A stretch of DNA of 64,000 nt from Eledone cirrhosa (Eukaryota), in the NCBI GenBank assembly GCA_964016885.1, contig OZ024745.1, forward strand, positions 78,368,001 through 78,432,000. Reading direction: 5' to 3'. The position numbers and the translations under genes were made by a program. Positions 12,751-25,251 of this stretch are shown one piece after another; position 1 is the stretch's first letter, and the number at the start of each line of letters is the position of its first letter. The notes beneath the pieces were generated by a model. It was not told the origin of the DNA and ran no database searches. It saw only the letters and a list, made by a program, of their open reading frames with translations.

Positions 12751-13115
12751 TTTTTAGATTAAACATACTGATTCATGCAAATGGAAATAAATACTGTCAA
12801 ATTTGACTGTGTTTGGGATTTTACTTTTGTTAAAGTAAAATTTGACAGTATTTATTTCCACACCTCTGTAAGTGAAAATATTTTAAATGAATTATTTTTC
12901 ATTTTATGTTTCCATATTTTTTATGAACGCCTCAATCTTCGTATTCTTCCGTTTGAGAATATTATGTTCGTTAATCTTTTCAATCACATCTGACAAACAG
13001 CATAATTTTTAAACTAATTTTCATTTTAAAAACAGTGAGAAAAATCTAAGTTATTTTCAGAAATAAACAGTTTTACTTTATTTTCCTTTACTTTTGACCG
13101 TTTCATTCGTACAAT

Positions 13116-13287
13116 CAGTGCCGGATTTACCATTTTGCTTAGGTGTGCTTAAGCACAGGGCTCCGTTGGCCAGAATACGGGGATGGAGGTTCTTCCTGCT
13201 AAACAAATTTTACGATGAATTTTTCAAATGTTTGGGGCCTCATAGCTTAACTAGCACAGGGCCTCATTTGTCCTAAATCCGGTACTG
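13116..13287. mobile_element. hAT-type MITE
   Basis: Terminal inverted repeats CAGTGCCGGATTTA / TAAATCCGGTACTG with a perfect 8-bp target duplication CGTACAAT (13108-13115, 13288-13295). Confidence 0.9.
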
Positions 13288-14694
13288 CGTACAATTGCCG
13301 CCGGTAATATAGGTTTTTCATCGATGTTGTGTGGATTGTTAGTATTTACAGTTAAGAGGAATCATATGACGCTCTTAAATACTTTTTTAACAAGTACATT
13401 CCCGTATGTTTTATTTACGATTACAATAGCCTTTCAAAAAAACAGTAGAGCAAAAATTAGTTACCGTCTATAAAGTTTAAGCATACACAGTGTGTGTCCT
13501 TTTTTGGCTTAATCATCATTTTTATTAGATCTACGAAATATCAGGTATCTGTGGGCGCAAAATACTCCGAAAAATGGACGAAAATGTCCTAAGCCACGAG
13601 GACACTTACAGATACTGTGTCATATTGCTTTGTACGTACACTTAAAAGAAGGATTTTTAACGTAGCACAACTCTATTGAGTCTGAAACCGAAAACTTAAA
13701 TTCGATACTATTAATACAAGATATATAATTTTATTAATACTCCAACAAAGTGTTTATATGTCCCCTTTTCTTTAGAGATGAATGATCCATACTTACATTC
13801 GTTTTACACGTGAAACACTGTGCTGGCTACAAGCTCACAAAATAGGCTCTGAATTGATGAGGTCAATGCCTCAGCCTTAAGGGTACCCAAGTGTTCTCCA
13901 ATTTAGAAAGTTTATATCTGCATCGTAACATTGTTACTTCTGTCGTAGCTTGGAATCATACGCCTAAATTCTTCTGTCAAGATCGTGATAGTCTACGATC
14001 AGGAAGAACGCGTCATGGAGGCGGGGAGCAAGATATGTATCTCAAACGTACGTACATCAAAACTATAATAAAGTAAGGGAGCGCGGGGCTGCGTACGGTT
14101 TATAATATTTTATCCCATTAGTAAAATAAGTTAGATTACTTTGAATAAATAATGAATGGTTATTGCATAATTTATCTACTAAATTTCGTGGCTGTTGATT
14201 AAATATATTTTATTACTTATTTAAACATTCACTTCTTTAAAATGTTCAAATGTCAACACTTCCGGTTAGCGATCGTTTAAATAAACATTCATATATTTCC
14301 GTCACTAATTTTCTTCTAATGCAGTTTATATATAATATCGTCTTTTTTTAATGTATCATGGATTACGTTACTGATTACATAAAACAGTGTAACGCAGTCT
14401 TCGTTCAATTTCTGTGTATATTGTCAATTACGATTTTATTTGATGTATCATATCTACATGCGTATATACTTGCGTATAATATCAATATACACACTACACA
14501 TGCTCGCAGAAAACCACTAGAAGAGTGGTTTTGCTGCTAGCCATCATAATACACAACGATATCGTAAAAAAAAAGCAAACCACGTCAGTGCTGTACACGC
14601 CAATACATGCTGACAGTGAGTGGAAGAGAAAAGTCAGCACGTCACTAAAATAGATTTATGTTTAAGTGTGCCACCGACACCAATACCAAATTAT

Positions 14695-14753
<59 letters not shown>

Positions 14754-14829
14754 CTTTACGCTATCCACAGTTTTAGACGCCCTGGTTTATAAAATAACAA
14801 CTTAGGTGGAAACTCGCGACAGGGCAAGC

Positions 14830-15406
14830 GAACAGCAGGAGGAACTTCAGAGGAAGAACATTCAAGCAAGTGTTTCGGCCCCTGATTCTGACACTTTAAG
14901 GGAGCCGGGTTCACTCAGGTCATTACTCCTAGATATCCTTCAGCTGTTTTTCTGCTCCAGCTGAACATGAACCCGGGACTTTCCGGTGATCTTGTTGCTC
15001 GTTCTTCTGGTTTATACCACTCGGCCACGAAAACTATCGGTAAATGATATCACATAAATTGAAACAGAAATCTTCCTATCTTAGCTCCAGTTGGCATTCC
15101 TCATTGACCATTGCCACATTGAGCTTTTCCCGGCTGTCTCTGAAAGGCGTTTGATCGCTACTGTTATTTACCGACCTTTGATTCAAAGCTAACCTAGTAG
15201 TTGGTACATGAAAGCTGTGACAAGTCCTCGTGCACTAACTTCCATTGACTTTATAGTGCATTGATACCCCTGTTTTGACATCTCGATGTCTTCGTACTTC
15301 TTCATCTTGTACTCATGTTGCTCATCTACACAGCTCTCATAGAGGACTGAAGCTCAACCAGGATTACTCTGACGCCTGCTTCTGACCTCAGGGCAACATT
15401 ATCTGG
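14830..15406 (-). mobile_element. 3' fragment of a non-LTR retrotransposon with restriction-like endonuclease (HERO/NeSL/R2 group), pseudogenised
   Basis: Minus translation PDNVALRSEAGVRVILVEL/VLYESCVDEQHEYKMKKYEDI..GYQCTIKSMEVSARGLV...AIKRLSETAGKSSMWQW, with a frameshift and stops. Shows the PD..E..K pattern and an EVGxRG-like motif. Confidence 0.75.
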
Positions 15407-15913
15407 TATTTGTTCCTTCTTGCTGATGAATTCAGTATTCTCTATCAGCATGAAGAATAATAGTTAAGTTGATTGAAATTGCTATTTCAATAGATTGAAA
15501 GTAGCCTCAACTTATATCCGAAGAAAAAGTATGGCAACAAACTAAATGGAATACTTAGAGGATTGTATCGAACTTGAATGCTATATAGAGGCATTGTTCA
15601 AAATGTTGCTGATTATGGTCTCTTTAGGATTTCTTCCAGTCGGAAGTACGAAACACAATATGCCTCAGCTGGTGAAACCTAACGTCATCTGAAAGCTCCT
15701 CAAAACAAAACAGGGAACTAAAGTGGAAGTAATGTTCATCACTAAAGTACATGCAGAAAGGAATGTAAGTCCGCGTCAGAGCTATAGAGTCATGTTAGTG
15801 CCACCCATTTGTGAGAGGGGGTTTCAGGTGGTGTCAGTTCTTGAAAACAAAATACAGCCATCATCTATATATTTATTTTAATTTTACTTTCAAGCTGAGC
15901 CAGCTTACACAGC

Positions 15914-15965
<52 letters not shown>

Positions 15966-16088
15966 CACACACACACACACTCGAAATATTCACTTCTGCG
16001 TTCACAGATTGTTTTTTTTTTTAGTTTCAGAAGATCCCGTTAAGGGTGACAGCAGCGATTCTTTGCTTAAACTTTAATCTGTTATTTA

Positions 16089-16126
<38 letters not shown>

Positions 16127-16127
<1 letters not shown>

Positions 16128-16274
16128 CTTCTTCGGCCACATATTCCTGGGAGGGTGGTGGAGGCACAGTCCACAAGTACACTTTCTAGCGTGTCCTGTC
16201 GGAAGCAACTGTCTCCAATCGATCTGTCTGGATCCCCAAGCGAGACCAACCGAGCTCATTGATGTTAGCCAACC
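16127..16274 (-). mobile_element. 3' end of an RTE-clade LINE (same family as 20820-21470)
   Basis: Shares GAAGCAAC.GTCTCCAA...ATCCCCAAG.GAGAC.A.CCGAGC with 20897-20950; the tail abuts (TA)n. Confidence 0.7.
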
Positions 16275-16276
16275 AT

Positions 16277-17170
16277 ATTGATATAGAGAGGGGGTTAAAA
16301 GAGTTTCGTGTGATAGATATAGAGAGGAGGAGAGTTTGGTGGCGCTCTCTGGTCCGAAATTATAGGAAGGGTGGCATAATGGTAGGGGGGGGGGGGTATT
16401 GCGAAATTAGTAATTGTATTGTGTACGTTCGTAAATATAGGATTTCTAATGATGTTCTTCTTTTGTCATATATAAAGTTTGCTTTTTTTAATGTAAAATA
16501 AAATTATTATTAGATTCTCCAGCTGCTGTATCAATAGGAATCACTTACAATAAAATTTCGCCGGAGATAGATTAGCAAAATTTAATAAGTGGGTGGGGGT
16601 GGTATTGGAATAAAAACCGGAGGGGACTGGAAACACTCTGACAAATTAATAAGCGTGGGTGGGGAAGATTATTCAAGACCTGAGAGTGCGTGAATTATTG
16701 ATGGACGTAAGAATGAAAACTCAATACCTAAGTAGAATTTAAATATTCACTTATTATGGCTAAGCTTTGTTACACTGGAGTCTCACCTGCGTACTCACCA
16801 GACAAAACTGGTGATCCTGTGAGTGCGCAGGTGAAACTTTAGAGTAACAAAGCTCGCCAATAGCCATAATAAATGAATATATATATAGGAGATGAATAAA
16901 TTGTGTATAATCCCAGTTTCTTACCAAATGCGAAGAAGCTCGATATATTAACCCCTTCGGAAAAGACAGAGCATTTTTTTAAATTATATATATACAGTGG
17001 TGGTGTAACTGGAGGGGAACATGTCCCCCTCGAATAATTATATCTTTCTCTCCAGACTAGCAAAACACAAATTTATTTAGTTATGCGCTACAGTTTATGT
17101 ACATGTTATGTTTATCGCATATCGAAGTTTTCTGACCATTTTAGAATGCAAAGAGCTAAACTAATCACTA
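16277..17170 (+). repeat. Copy of the composite repeat at 58010-58890
   Basis: Colinear match by eye, including the internal hairpin. Confidence 0.85.
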
Positions 17171-17207
17171 CGACTAAATTGTCCATCCCCACCACCATAT
17201 ATGTATG

Positions 17208-17241
<34 letters not shown>

Positions 17242-18542
17242 TGTATATGCATATGTGTGTGCGCCTGTTTCGTGTGCACAAAAATGTGTATGTACTTTCA
17301 TGCAACCGTACAGAAGTCAGTAATATTCGTTGGTGAATTTACGATTATCCCTCACCCTTCAGAGACGACATATGGCAACTAAATGCTGTAAAAGTAACCT
17401 ATAACTTTCTCTTCGTTATCTAAATGATCGAATTATTGTTTAGAGGGCACTAAGTTTACCTAAAGATGTTGAATGTAATAAGGCACCAGATGTGGGTCAA
17501 CAGAAATACTCCCACAAGTAGACGTTATCTTATTAGAAATGGATGAAATTTGATCTTGAGGTTTCGTTTTTTCTCTAGCAACTTTCTGTTAATTATATAG
17601 TCGTCTTATCTTAGATAAATGTAACCATAGTTTATAGTGAGATTAATTTAAGTATGTATTTTTTAAAAATATTCTTTTAATGAATATAGCGATGTTGTTA
17701 ATATTGAAAACGTTACATCTCTGAGAGTCTATTAATATAGTTTAGAAGTTAAATTGTAGACGTTATTAAATTGTAAACGTTGTTAAATACGATGTATTCA
17801 ACCACATTTAGTCCTATTTATAGGAATCTTCCGCTAAGCGTTCAAGGTCAGGAGAAACAGAGGACCAATAAAAGAAATATTAATCTTTGTGGTTAGGGTG
17901 TTAGAATCACGATCGTAAGGTAGTGAGTTTGATTCCTGAGAGCACGTTGAGTCTGTGGGCAAGACAATTTATTTCACATTGCTCCAGTCATCTCAGCTGG
18001 CAAAAATAAGCTGTACCTGTAATTCAAATGATCCTATGATATGCTGAATGTCGCTGAGAACTTCATTAAAGGTATACGTGTCGGTGGAATGCTCAGCTAC
18101 TTGCACGTTAAATTCACAGGCAGATTATTCTCTTTATCAAATCAACTGGAACACTCGTCTTCATTACCAGTCTTTCTCATTGTCAGTTTTTCTCTTCTCT
18201 GTCATTTGTTCTCCCCCATCAATCTAACCCACTCACTCCTTCCTTTTCTTTCACCTTATCTATCCATTTTCCTAGTTTTTCAATACTCAAATGTGTAGCG
18301 AATTGAAATGTAGCAAAATAGAATGTTTTGAAGTAGTTTGTTGTTGAGTGAATGTAGCGATGGAAGGAACTGGCTTGTATTTGTTGTTGTTCATTTGAGC
18401 GCGGTAGAGCTTGTAGTATGAATTACATCATGAATACTAAGTATTTCATTGTGCTATATTGACTGAACGGATTGCTGGACATTAAAATAGATCGATATAT
18501 AAAGCTACATCAACTAAAATTTCTTTCTTTTTTCATATGCAG

Positions 18543-18638
18543 CTGTTTGTAGCGAGCCGTGTCAAAATGGAGGCAAATGTGTGTCTCCAAATAAATGCAT
18601 ATGTCCTAAACAGTGGACAGGTCAAAGCTGTCAAACAG
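18543..18638 (+). CDS. EGFL7/8-like: EGFL7/8-like exon (EGF-like domain 1)
   Basis: Polypyrimidine tract then gcag|CT ... G|gtaagg, phase 1-1. (P)VCSEPCQNGGKCVSPNKCICPKQWTGQSCQT is a six-Cys EGF pattern. Confidence 0.95.
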
Positions 18639-19269
18639 GTAAGGCTTCTTCTATATTTCATGATTTAGTATGCCCACAATACACACTGGTATTGTATTCA
18701 TTAGCTGAATATTTTTATGGACTGTAACGTAACATATGTTAATCTGACTACATTTCTCATTGGTTTTGCTGCTTATTTCCCTTTTTCTCCAAATATACTG
18801 TGGCATGTGGAATAAAGTGTCTTGCCTCAACGGAACACACCGAAACACCTACAATGGACTTCAACTGATTATCCATGAACTGTAAATCCTGTACATTATC
18901 CACTATGTCATTCTGTCTCTACATATATCGATCTAACAATCAGGTTATTGTTATTGTTCTACTACAGTAAGGCAGCTAGTACTGGCGGCACGAAAAACTC
19001 CTACTATACACTGTAAAGCGGTTGGCGTTCGGAAGACATTGAACTCCCCCCCCCCCCCAAAAAAAAAACGAACGTATGAGCAAGACGTGATTACCTCACC
19101 TGTCTTACTGCACTCCGTTACAACCCTTTTAACCCATGCAAGCGTGGAAATTAGACGTTAAATAGTGCTGATGATGATGACTTTCGTATTAACTCACTTT
19201 GCAATGATTAGTACTCTGGCACAGACAATGCGACTAGCAGAAAACCACCCGTGGGCGGATTTCTGCTAG

Positions 19270-19445
19270 TCTATATATCTAAAACAGAGAATGTCTGTCT
19301 GTCTGTCAGCTCACTAAAACTTGAGAACCATCCAACCGATTGTTTTCAAACTTTAGACATGTAGTACTTATGTTCCTGTGAGTGTTTTGAGCAAAAATTA
19401 TTTCAAATTTTCAATGCCCTAGGGACCGCATTAGGCGATTTAGCG
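19270..19445 (+). mobile_element. 5' portion of a Helitron related to 8666-9250
   Basis: TCTATATATCTAAAACAGAGAATGTCTGTCTG...CAAACTTTAGACATGTAGTACTTATGTT...CGCATTAGGCGA parallels the reverse complement of the 8666-9250 element. Confidence 0.7.
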
Positions 19446-20819
19446 TTTTCTCTATATAATTCTTAGTCTTTCTTTTTAGATAGATACATAGATATAACGT
19501 TGCGCCCTTATAATATCTGTCTGTATGTCTGGCTGTCTGCATTACGTCAGTATGACGCGCTCAGTGTGTGTGTGTATATATATATATGTATCGTAATGCA
19601 GACAGCACGACATAGCTTTCCTTCCCCTCTTCCGGCGTCTCTCTCTCTCCCTCCCGCTATCCCCTTCTTGTAGTCTGTCTCTTTCTTTCACTTTCACTCT
19701 CTCTCTATGCGTCGGACAGACAGACAGAGAAATTGCTGGTTATATATTATAAGGAGATTACGTTAGCTTCCCCTTTTCTTTATACAATGATATATCAGCG
19801 CCAATGTGAATATTCAGGGGAAATAACTCGTCAGTTGGCATAAGTAACTTCCCTTACTATTTTAAATTTTTTACGATTATTATGCTTCCATTTCGGAGTT
19901 AAGGAAGATTTTTATTTAATCAACTGCTGTTCAAATACGTAGCAATATTCTAAATGTTTTTGAGTACACTCTTCATTTTGCAGTAGTAAATCTATTTCAT
20001 AAACCTTTGCTTTAAATATATTGTTTTAAAGCTATTTCTCTAATTTATTTATTTCAATCTTATAAATAATGGTTTCTTATTTAGGCACAAGGTCAACAAT
20101 TTGGGTGGGGATAAGGGAAAGCCGATTAAATTGATCCCAGTGCATTACTGGTGCTTTATTTTGTCGGCCTCCTTAAGGATGAAAGGCAAAGCTAACTTCT
20201 GTAGGACTTGATCTCAGAACTTAAAGAGCCGTACCTATGCTGCGAAATATGGTTAACTTAGCCTTTCATCCTTACGGGATCGATAAAATAAAATACCAGT
20301 AATGCACTAGGATAATTTCTGGCCTTGTGCCAAAAGTAGAAACAATTTCTTATATTACTACGTTCAGTTTCTTGTTGTAACAGTTATGCCCCTTCTTTCG
20401 TCTATTATTCTATTTGGTGTAGATTGTTTTTGTAATACACAAGCAATCTCCTATGTTACAGTAACCGTTGCATGTACTCTTTAGCCCGAGGAAATCATAA
20501 TGGATCGAAGTTTGTTCCAAACCATCTTTGAATGTGTAACGTATGAGAATAATTTGAAAGGAAAACATTCTTACGTGCTGAGCATAAAATCTTTGTTTTT
20601 CCAAATTCTTCAATGTAATTCACTTCTGCAAGCTTTGTGGCTTTGTGAACCTTTCCCTTTCAATCAATGATAATCTCGCACTTTCCACTTAACTTAAATT
20701 GTGTATATATAATTTGTGTGTCAATTACAGAAATCCCCTATGTTTAATACAATATTTTAGTAATTATCTCTCAAATCTAATTTACTATACATTTCTTCCA
20801 TCAATAATCTTCTACTTTT

Positions 20820-21470
20820 CTTTTTCTTCGCCCACTTATTCCTGGTAAGCTTGTGGGGGAAGAGTCCTCAAACACTCCTTCCAGCGGGTCCTGTTAGAAG
20901 CAACCGTCTCCAACTGATCCGACTGTATCCCCAAGTGAGACAAGCCGAGCCCTTGGATGCTATCCAACCAACTTGCTAAGGGTCTACTTTCGTCTCATAC
21001 CGATTGCTTTAGCCCATAAAATCTGTCTGGCGATTCTTTCCTGAGACATTCTAACCACATACCCATAGTATCGGAGATGTGATCTCCCAATTCGGAGAAG
21101 TGACGGCTCTACCTGGAGTGACTTTCTGATCTCCGAGCTACGCACTCTATTGAGTAACGTTACTCAAAAGACCTTTGGTTTGGCTTTTACACCTACCTCC
21201 CTTCTTCTGATTACCGAATGCTGAAGCTGGCGCATTACTACACCAGCATCTGCAATTCTTGTACTTAATTCAGCCTCCTTCGTTCCATTACCCATGAACA
21301 CGGCCCCGAGATACTTGAAATTCTGTACAGGCTTCTTTGAGAAAACGAGTGTTTTAGTTTTCGCAGACTGATTTTCATTCCAACCATGCAGCACTCGGTA
21401 TCAAACCTATCGAGTGCATGTCGGAAATCACCATCTGTCAAGTAATACTATATCGTCTGCAAATTCCAGC
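20820..21470 (-). mobile_element. RTE-clade LINE, reverse transcriptase C-terminus and 3' end, decayed
   Basis: Minus translation gives LEFADDIVL, FKYLGAVF, ELSTRIADAG and LRYYGYVVRMSQERIARQIL, with frameshifts and an internal deletion. Confidence 0.85.
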
Positions 21471-21691
21471 CGACTGATTTACTGTGATCACCTCTTTTTT
21501 CTGAACTACTAAGTTGTATACTGCCTCCATACTTCTCTAATTGATGCACCCATCGTTCCTCTCCTCATCCCTATTACACAAAATGCTTTTTTGCTATCAT
21601 TCCTCCCCATAACTGCGGTTATTTAGAATCCACACCTTCCCTGCGTTCCTTTTTTTCCTCCTTTATTGGTTATATAAAGTCAAGAAAATTA

Positions 21692-22310
21692 ATTGTTTCT
21701 ACTTTAGGCACAAGGCCAGCAATTACTCAGTGCATTACTGGTACTTTATTTTATCGACCCCGTAAGGATGAAAGGCAAAGTCAACCTCGGCGGGATTTGA
21801 ACTCAGATCGTAAAGGGACGTAACTATGTTGGAAAGCATGGCGTCCGACCTTCTACTGATACTGCCAATCCACCGCTATTCTAAATAATTGCTAATGGAC
21901 TCATCATTTTATAATATAGTTTGTAGTATTTTGTAGTATTTTTTATAGTTAGCTTAAAACTGTTTTCACTAATATTTTTTTTTGTTTCTACTTTTGGCAC
22001 AAGGCCAGCAATTACCCAGTACATTACTGGTACTTTATTTTATCGACCCCGTTAGGATGAAAGGCAAAGTTAACCTCGGCGGGATTTGAACTCAGGTCGT
22101 AAAGGGACGTAACTATGCTGTTTTCACTAATATTATACTCCAGAATTGGTAGAGGGTTGGACATGCTTTCCAGCATAGTTACGTCCCTTTACAATCTGAG
22201 TTCAAATCCCGCCAAGGTTAACTTTGCCTTTCATCCTTACGAGGTCGATAAAATAAAGTGCCAATAATATACTGGGTAATTGCTGGCCTTGTGCCGAAAG
22301 TAGAAACAAT
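21692..22310. mobile_element. Cluster of three copies of the same SINE: 21692-21876 (-), 21982-22119 (-), 22147-22310 (+)
   Basis: Consensus matches, with duplications CTGTTTTCACTAATATT (21960, 22118) and ATTATACTC (22132, 22309). Confidence 0.9.
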
Positions 22311-23282
22311 TATACTCAGTTTCAAGTTGTAAAGGTTGTCCCCCTTTAATTTTTTTTTTTTTTTTTTTCGTAATTATTTCAAGAAATAGTCCAGAAGAGA
22401 GACGCTGGCAACAAATGTATAAGCAATTTTGTTTTAGAAATTTGTAAAATTACGTAGGTTGTATTAAGATCATATGAAATTTGAAGGTGATTATCTCTTC
22501 CATTTCTCATCTGTATGAAGAATATCAGACTTCAGTCAAACTTTCCGTAATGCTTTATGTTCGAATTGGACAGCTACAGCATCGATCTCACCAATCAGCT
22601 AGGACTACAAAAGGTTTAGCAGCTGCCACTCCTTTTCTAAACAATTAATTTAAAAATATCTGCGGCGATTTTCTGATTTTCTTTGTGGTTTTTTTTTTTT
22701 TATTGCTGGGTAACTTTTATTTTAAAATTCTAGTGTGACTCTCGTCCATCTCTACCATATCACTTTGAAATGTCAATTTGAAACTATTATTCATTAAAGC
22801 TATAAAGTATGTTATGAATATTGGGTTTTGTGGGAAAAAACAAAGCATGGATCAAAGATGTTATATATTCTGTCTGGTGGGTTTAATTACTGGTTGTAGT
22901 GGTAGATGACTCGTATCTTATGATTAATGATGAACAGTTTCGATAGTCAATGCACTTAAGCCTCATAGACTCAGTTCAGCTATTATCAGATAAGGATTGT
23001 GAGTGGTAAGCGCCATCGCTATGATCAACACTGAAGGCACTGGTGAGTGTTTTATACAATTGCGGTTCTAAATTTAAAATCTGCCATGAACGCTCAAATC
23101 CACCAAACTGACTTTCTCTCAAATACTAATTATACAGAGAGCGAAATATAACACACCAAGCCAAATGCTAAACTTATTAATTTAGGTATCAATAACAAAG
23201 GTTGTTTGGTGAAAAAATTAAATGTATTATTGACAAACGTTATGAAATTAACTTAGCTTTTTGTTGATTTGGAGGACAGCAA

Positions 23283-23463
23283 CAGACCTGTCAACTCTCC
23301 TCGTCCGACGGGGAGGTCTCCCACCCACTTTGGGGTGGGTGAGAGATGTCTTCTCTTGTGAATATGGGTATAGCTTTCATCCCCATTTTACGTCATTTCT
23401 CCGCGTTTTGGAGCACTTTTATTCATGGTACTCCCATTTGGGTTTTGGGGGTTGGCAGGTCTG
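23283..23463 (+). mobile_element. MITE family with CAGACCTG(T/C)CAAC termini
   Basis: CAGACCTGTCAAC...GTTGGCAGGTCTG; related copies at 25080-25163 (partial), 44668-44830 and about 54225-54401 (reverse). Confidence 0.8.
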
Positions 23464-23681
23464 TGATTCCCTGTTGAAACCATGTCACTTCTCTTATACT
23501 ATTTAAGCTCCTGAAAAGATACACTATAATAGCCTATTCCTCCGCTTCTATAATGGCCACGTCCTATATTTCTGTAAGACATTAATATTATAGAATGAAC
23601 AAGTTTAAAATAAATTACTTAAGTATAATAGTTTAGAATTTAATGTAGCTCGTCTGTAATATAATGTTTTGTATTTTTCAG

Positions 23682-23804
23682 ATGTAAATGAATGTGATTC
23701 TGGACAACATGTATGTCAACATGACTGCATAAATACTGATGGAAGTTACAAATGCTCGTGTAACGACGGATTTAAACTAATGAGTGATGGATTTTCATGT
23801 ACAT
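23682..23804 (+). CDS. EGFL7/8-like: EGFL7/8-like exon (calcium-binding EGF domain)
   Basis: tttttcag|AT ... T|gtgagt, phase 1-1. (D)VNECDSGQHVCQHDCINTDGSYKCSCNDGFKLMSDGFSCT matches the cbEGF consensus DxNEC...CxNTxGSYxC. Confidence 0.95.
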
Positions 23805-24184
23805 GTGAGTGTTATAATATATATATATATATTAACTGAACGGCTATAAATTAATGTTTTATCTTTCGTCTCTTACCCCTTTAGACAGCCTTTGGCTTAT
23901 GTCAGATGCTGTAACCCCGCATGGACCAGCTGTATCGTTGGTAGGGGTCGAAACTGCCCTAATCCATCTCAACCGCCGATGACCATGGAGTTCTGTGTCT
24001 TCGTTTGTATATTTATTTTTGGGGGAGATAATAGAACTGTTACAGTGAACCAGAGAGAGATGGAAAAGAAATTCAGCGGGACAGAGAGAGAGTTGGGAGG
24101 GGGGATAAAACACGTGTATATGTGGTAAATGTTCTTTGTCTGCTTAGCAATTAACGATATATATATATATATATATATATATAT

Positions 24185-24345
24185 CATCATCATCATCTTT
24201 GTTTAACGTCCATTTTCCACGCTAGCATGGGTTAGACGGGAGTTGTCCCACTTGAGGCAAGGTTGGTCGGGTGACCATGTCTCGCTCATATAGGACTATC
24301 TGGCAGGTTTTCTACGGCTGGATGCCCTTCCTAGCACCAACCACA
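24185..24345 (-). mobile_element. SINE/LINE-tail family ending in (GAT)n (others at about 19015-19180 +, 47860-48022 +, 51948-52065 -)
   Basis: Shared GGTTGGTGCTAGGAAGGGCATCCAGCCGTAGAAA and CATGCTAGCGTGGAAAATGGACGTTAAA motifs. Confidence 0.7.
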
Positions 24346-24593
24346 TTTACAGTGAGGAACTGGGAACTTTTTACCGTGTTACCTACACGGCCACATTACA
24401 GCGTGGACTGTGTATTTTTTCTCGTGACACCTACACGATCTCGATCTCATTATCTCATTTATTTGGACTGGATGTTGTGGCCACAATTGAGAGAAACAAT
24501 CATCTAGGGCGCAAATACTTTAGTAGCCTTTTCGTTGTGGATATAGTTTCCACTTTCTTCAACACATCAATAAATTTCCAAGCAGAGATATAT

Positions 24594-24776
24594 TTGTTTC
24601 TACTTTAGGCACAAGGCCAGCAATTACCCAGTGCATTACTGGTACTTTATTTTATCGACCCCGTAAGGATGAAAGGCAAAGTCAACCTCGGCGGGATTTG
24701 AACTCAGATCGTAAAGGGACGTAACTATGCTGGAAAGCATGGCGTCCGACCCTCTACCGATACTGCCAATCCACCG
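24594..24776 (-). mobile_element. Same SINE family, consensus-like copy
   Basis: Near-identical to 21692-21876 and 59629-59806. Confidence 0.9.
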
Positions 24777-25164
24777 AGTAATTGGATTTAGGATAACAGA
24801 AATGCCATATCTCTAACATGTTGTTAGTTCTGTGTAAGTCGTTTATTGTTCACAAAGATACAATGAAAACCCTTGCCTATTATTTAGCCAATGTGCGTAA
24901 CTTTAAAGTATGCGATAAATTTCAGAAATCAGTTATGATCTTCTCTCAGATAAAACAAAAAAGCTTGTTGCCACAGTATTTTTTAAAGGAAATCTAATGC
25001 ATCTAGTTTTGTAATTATTTTTGTAATTTTGTATGCCTTATCTACATTTTCCAAGAAAATATGTAATATTTCAATATTTCAGACCTGTCAACTCTCCCCA
25101 TTCGACGGGGAGATCTCCCCCACACTTTTTGGGTGGGTGAGAGATGTCTTGTCTTGTGAAAATG

Positions 25165-25197
<33 letters not shown>

Positions 25198-25199
25198 AT

Positions 25200-25244
<45 letters not shown>

Positions 25245-25251
<7 letters not shown>

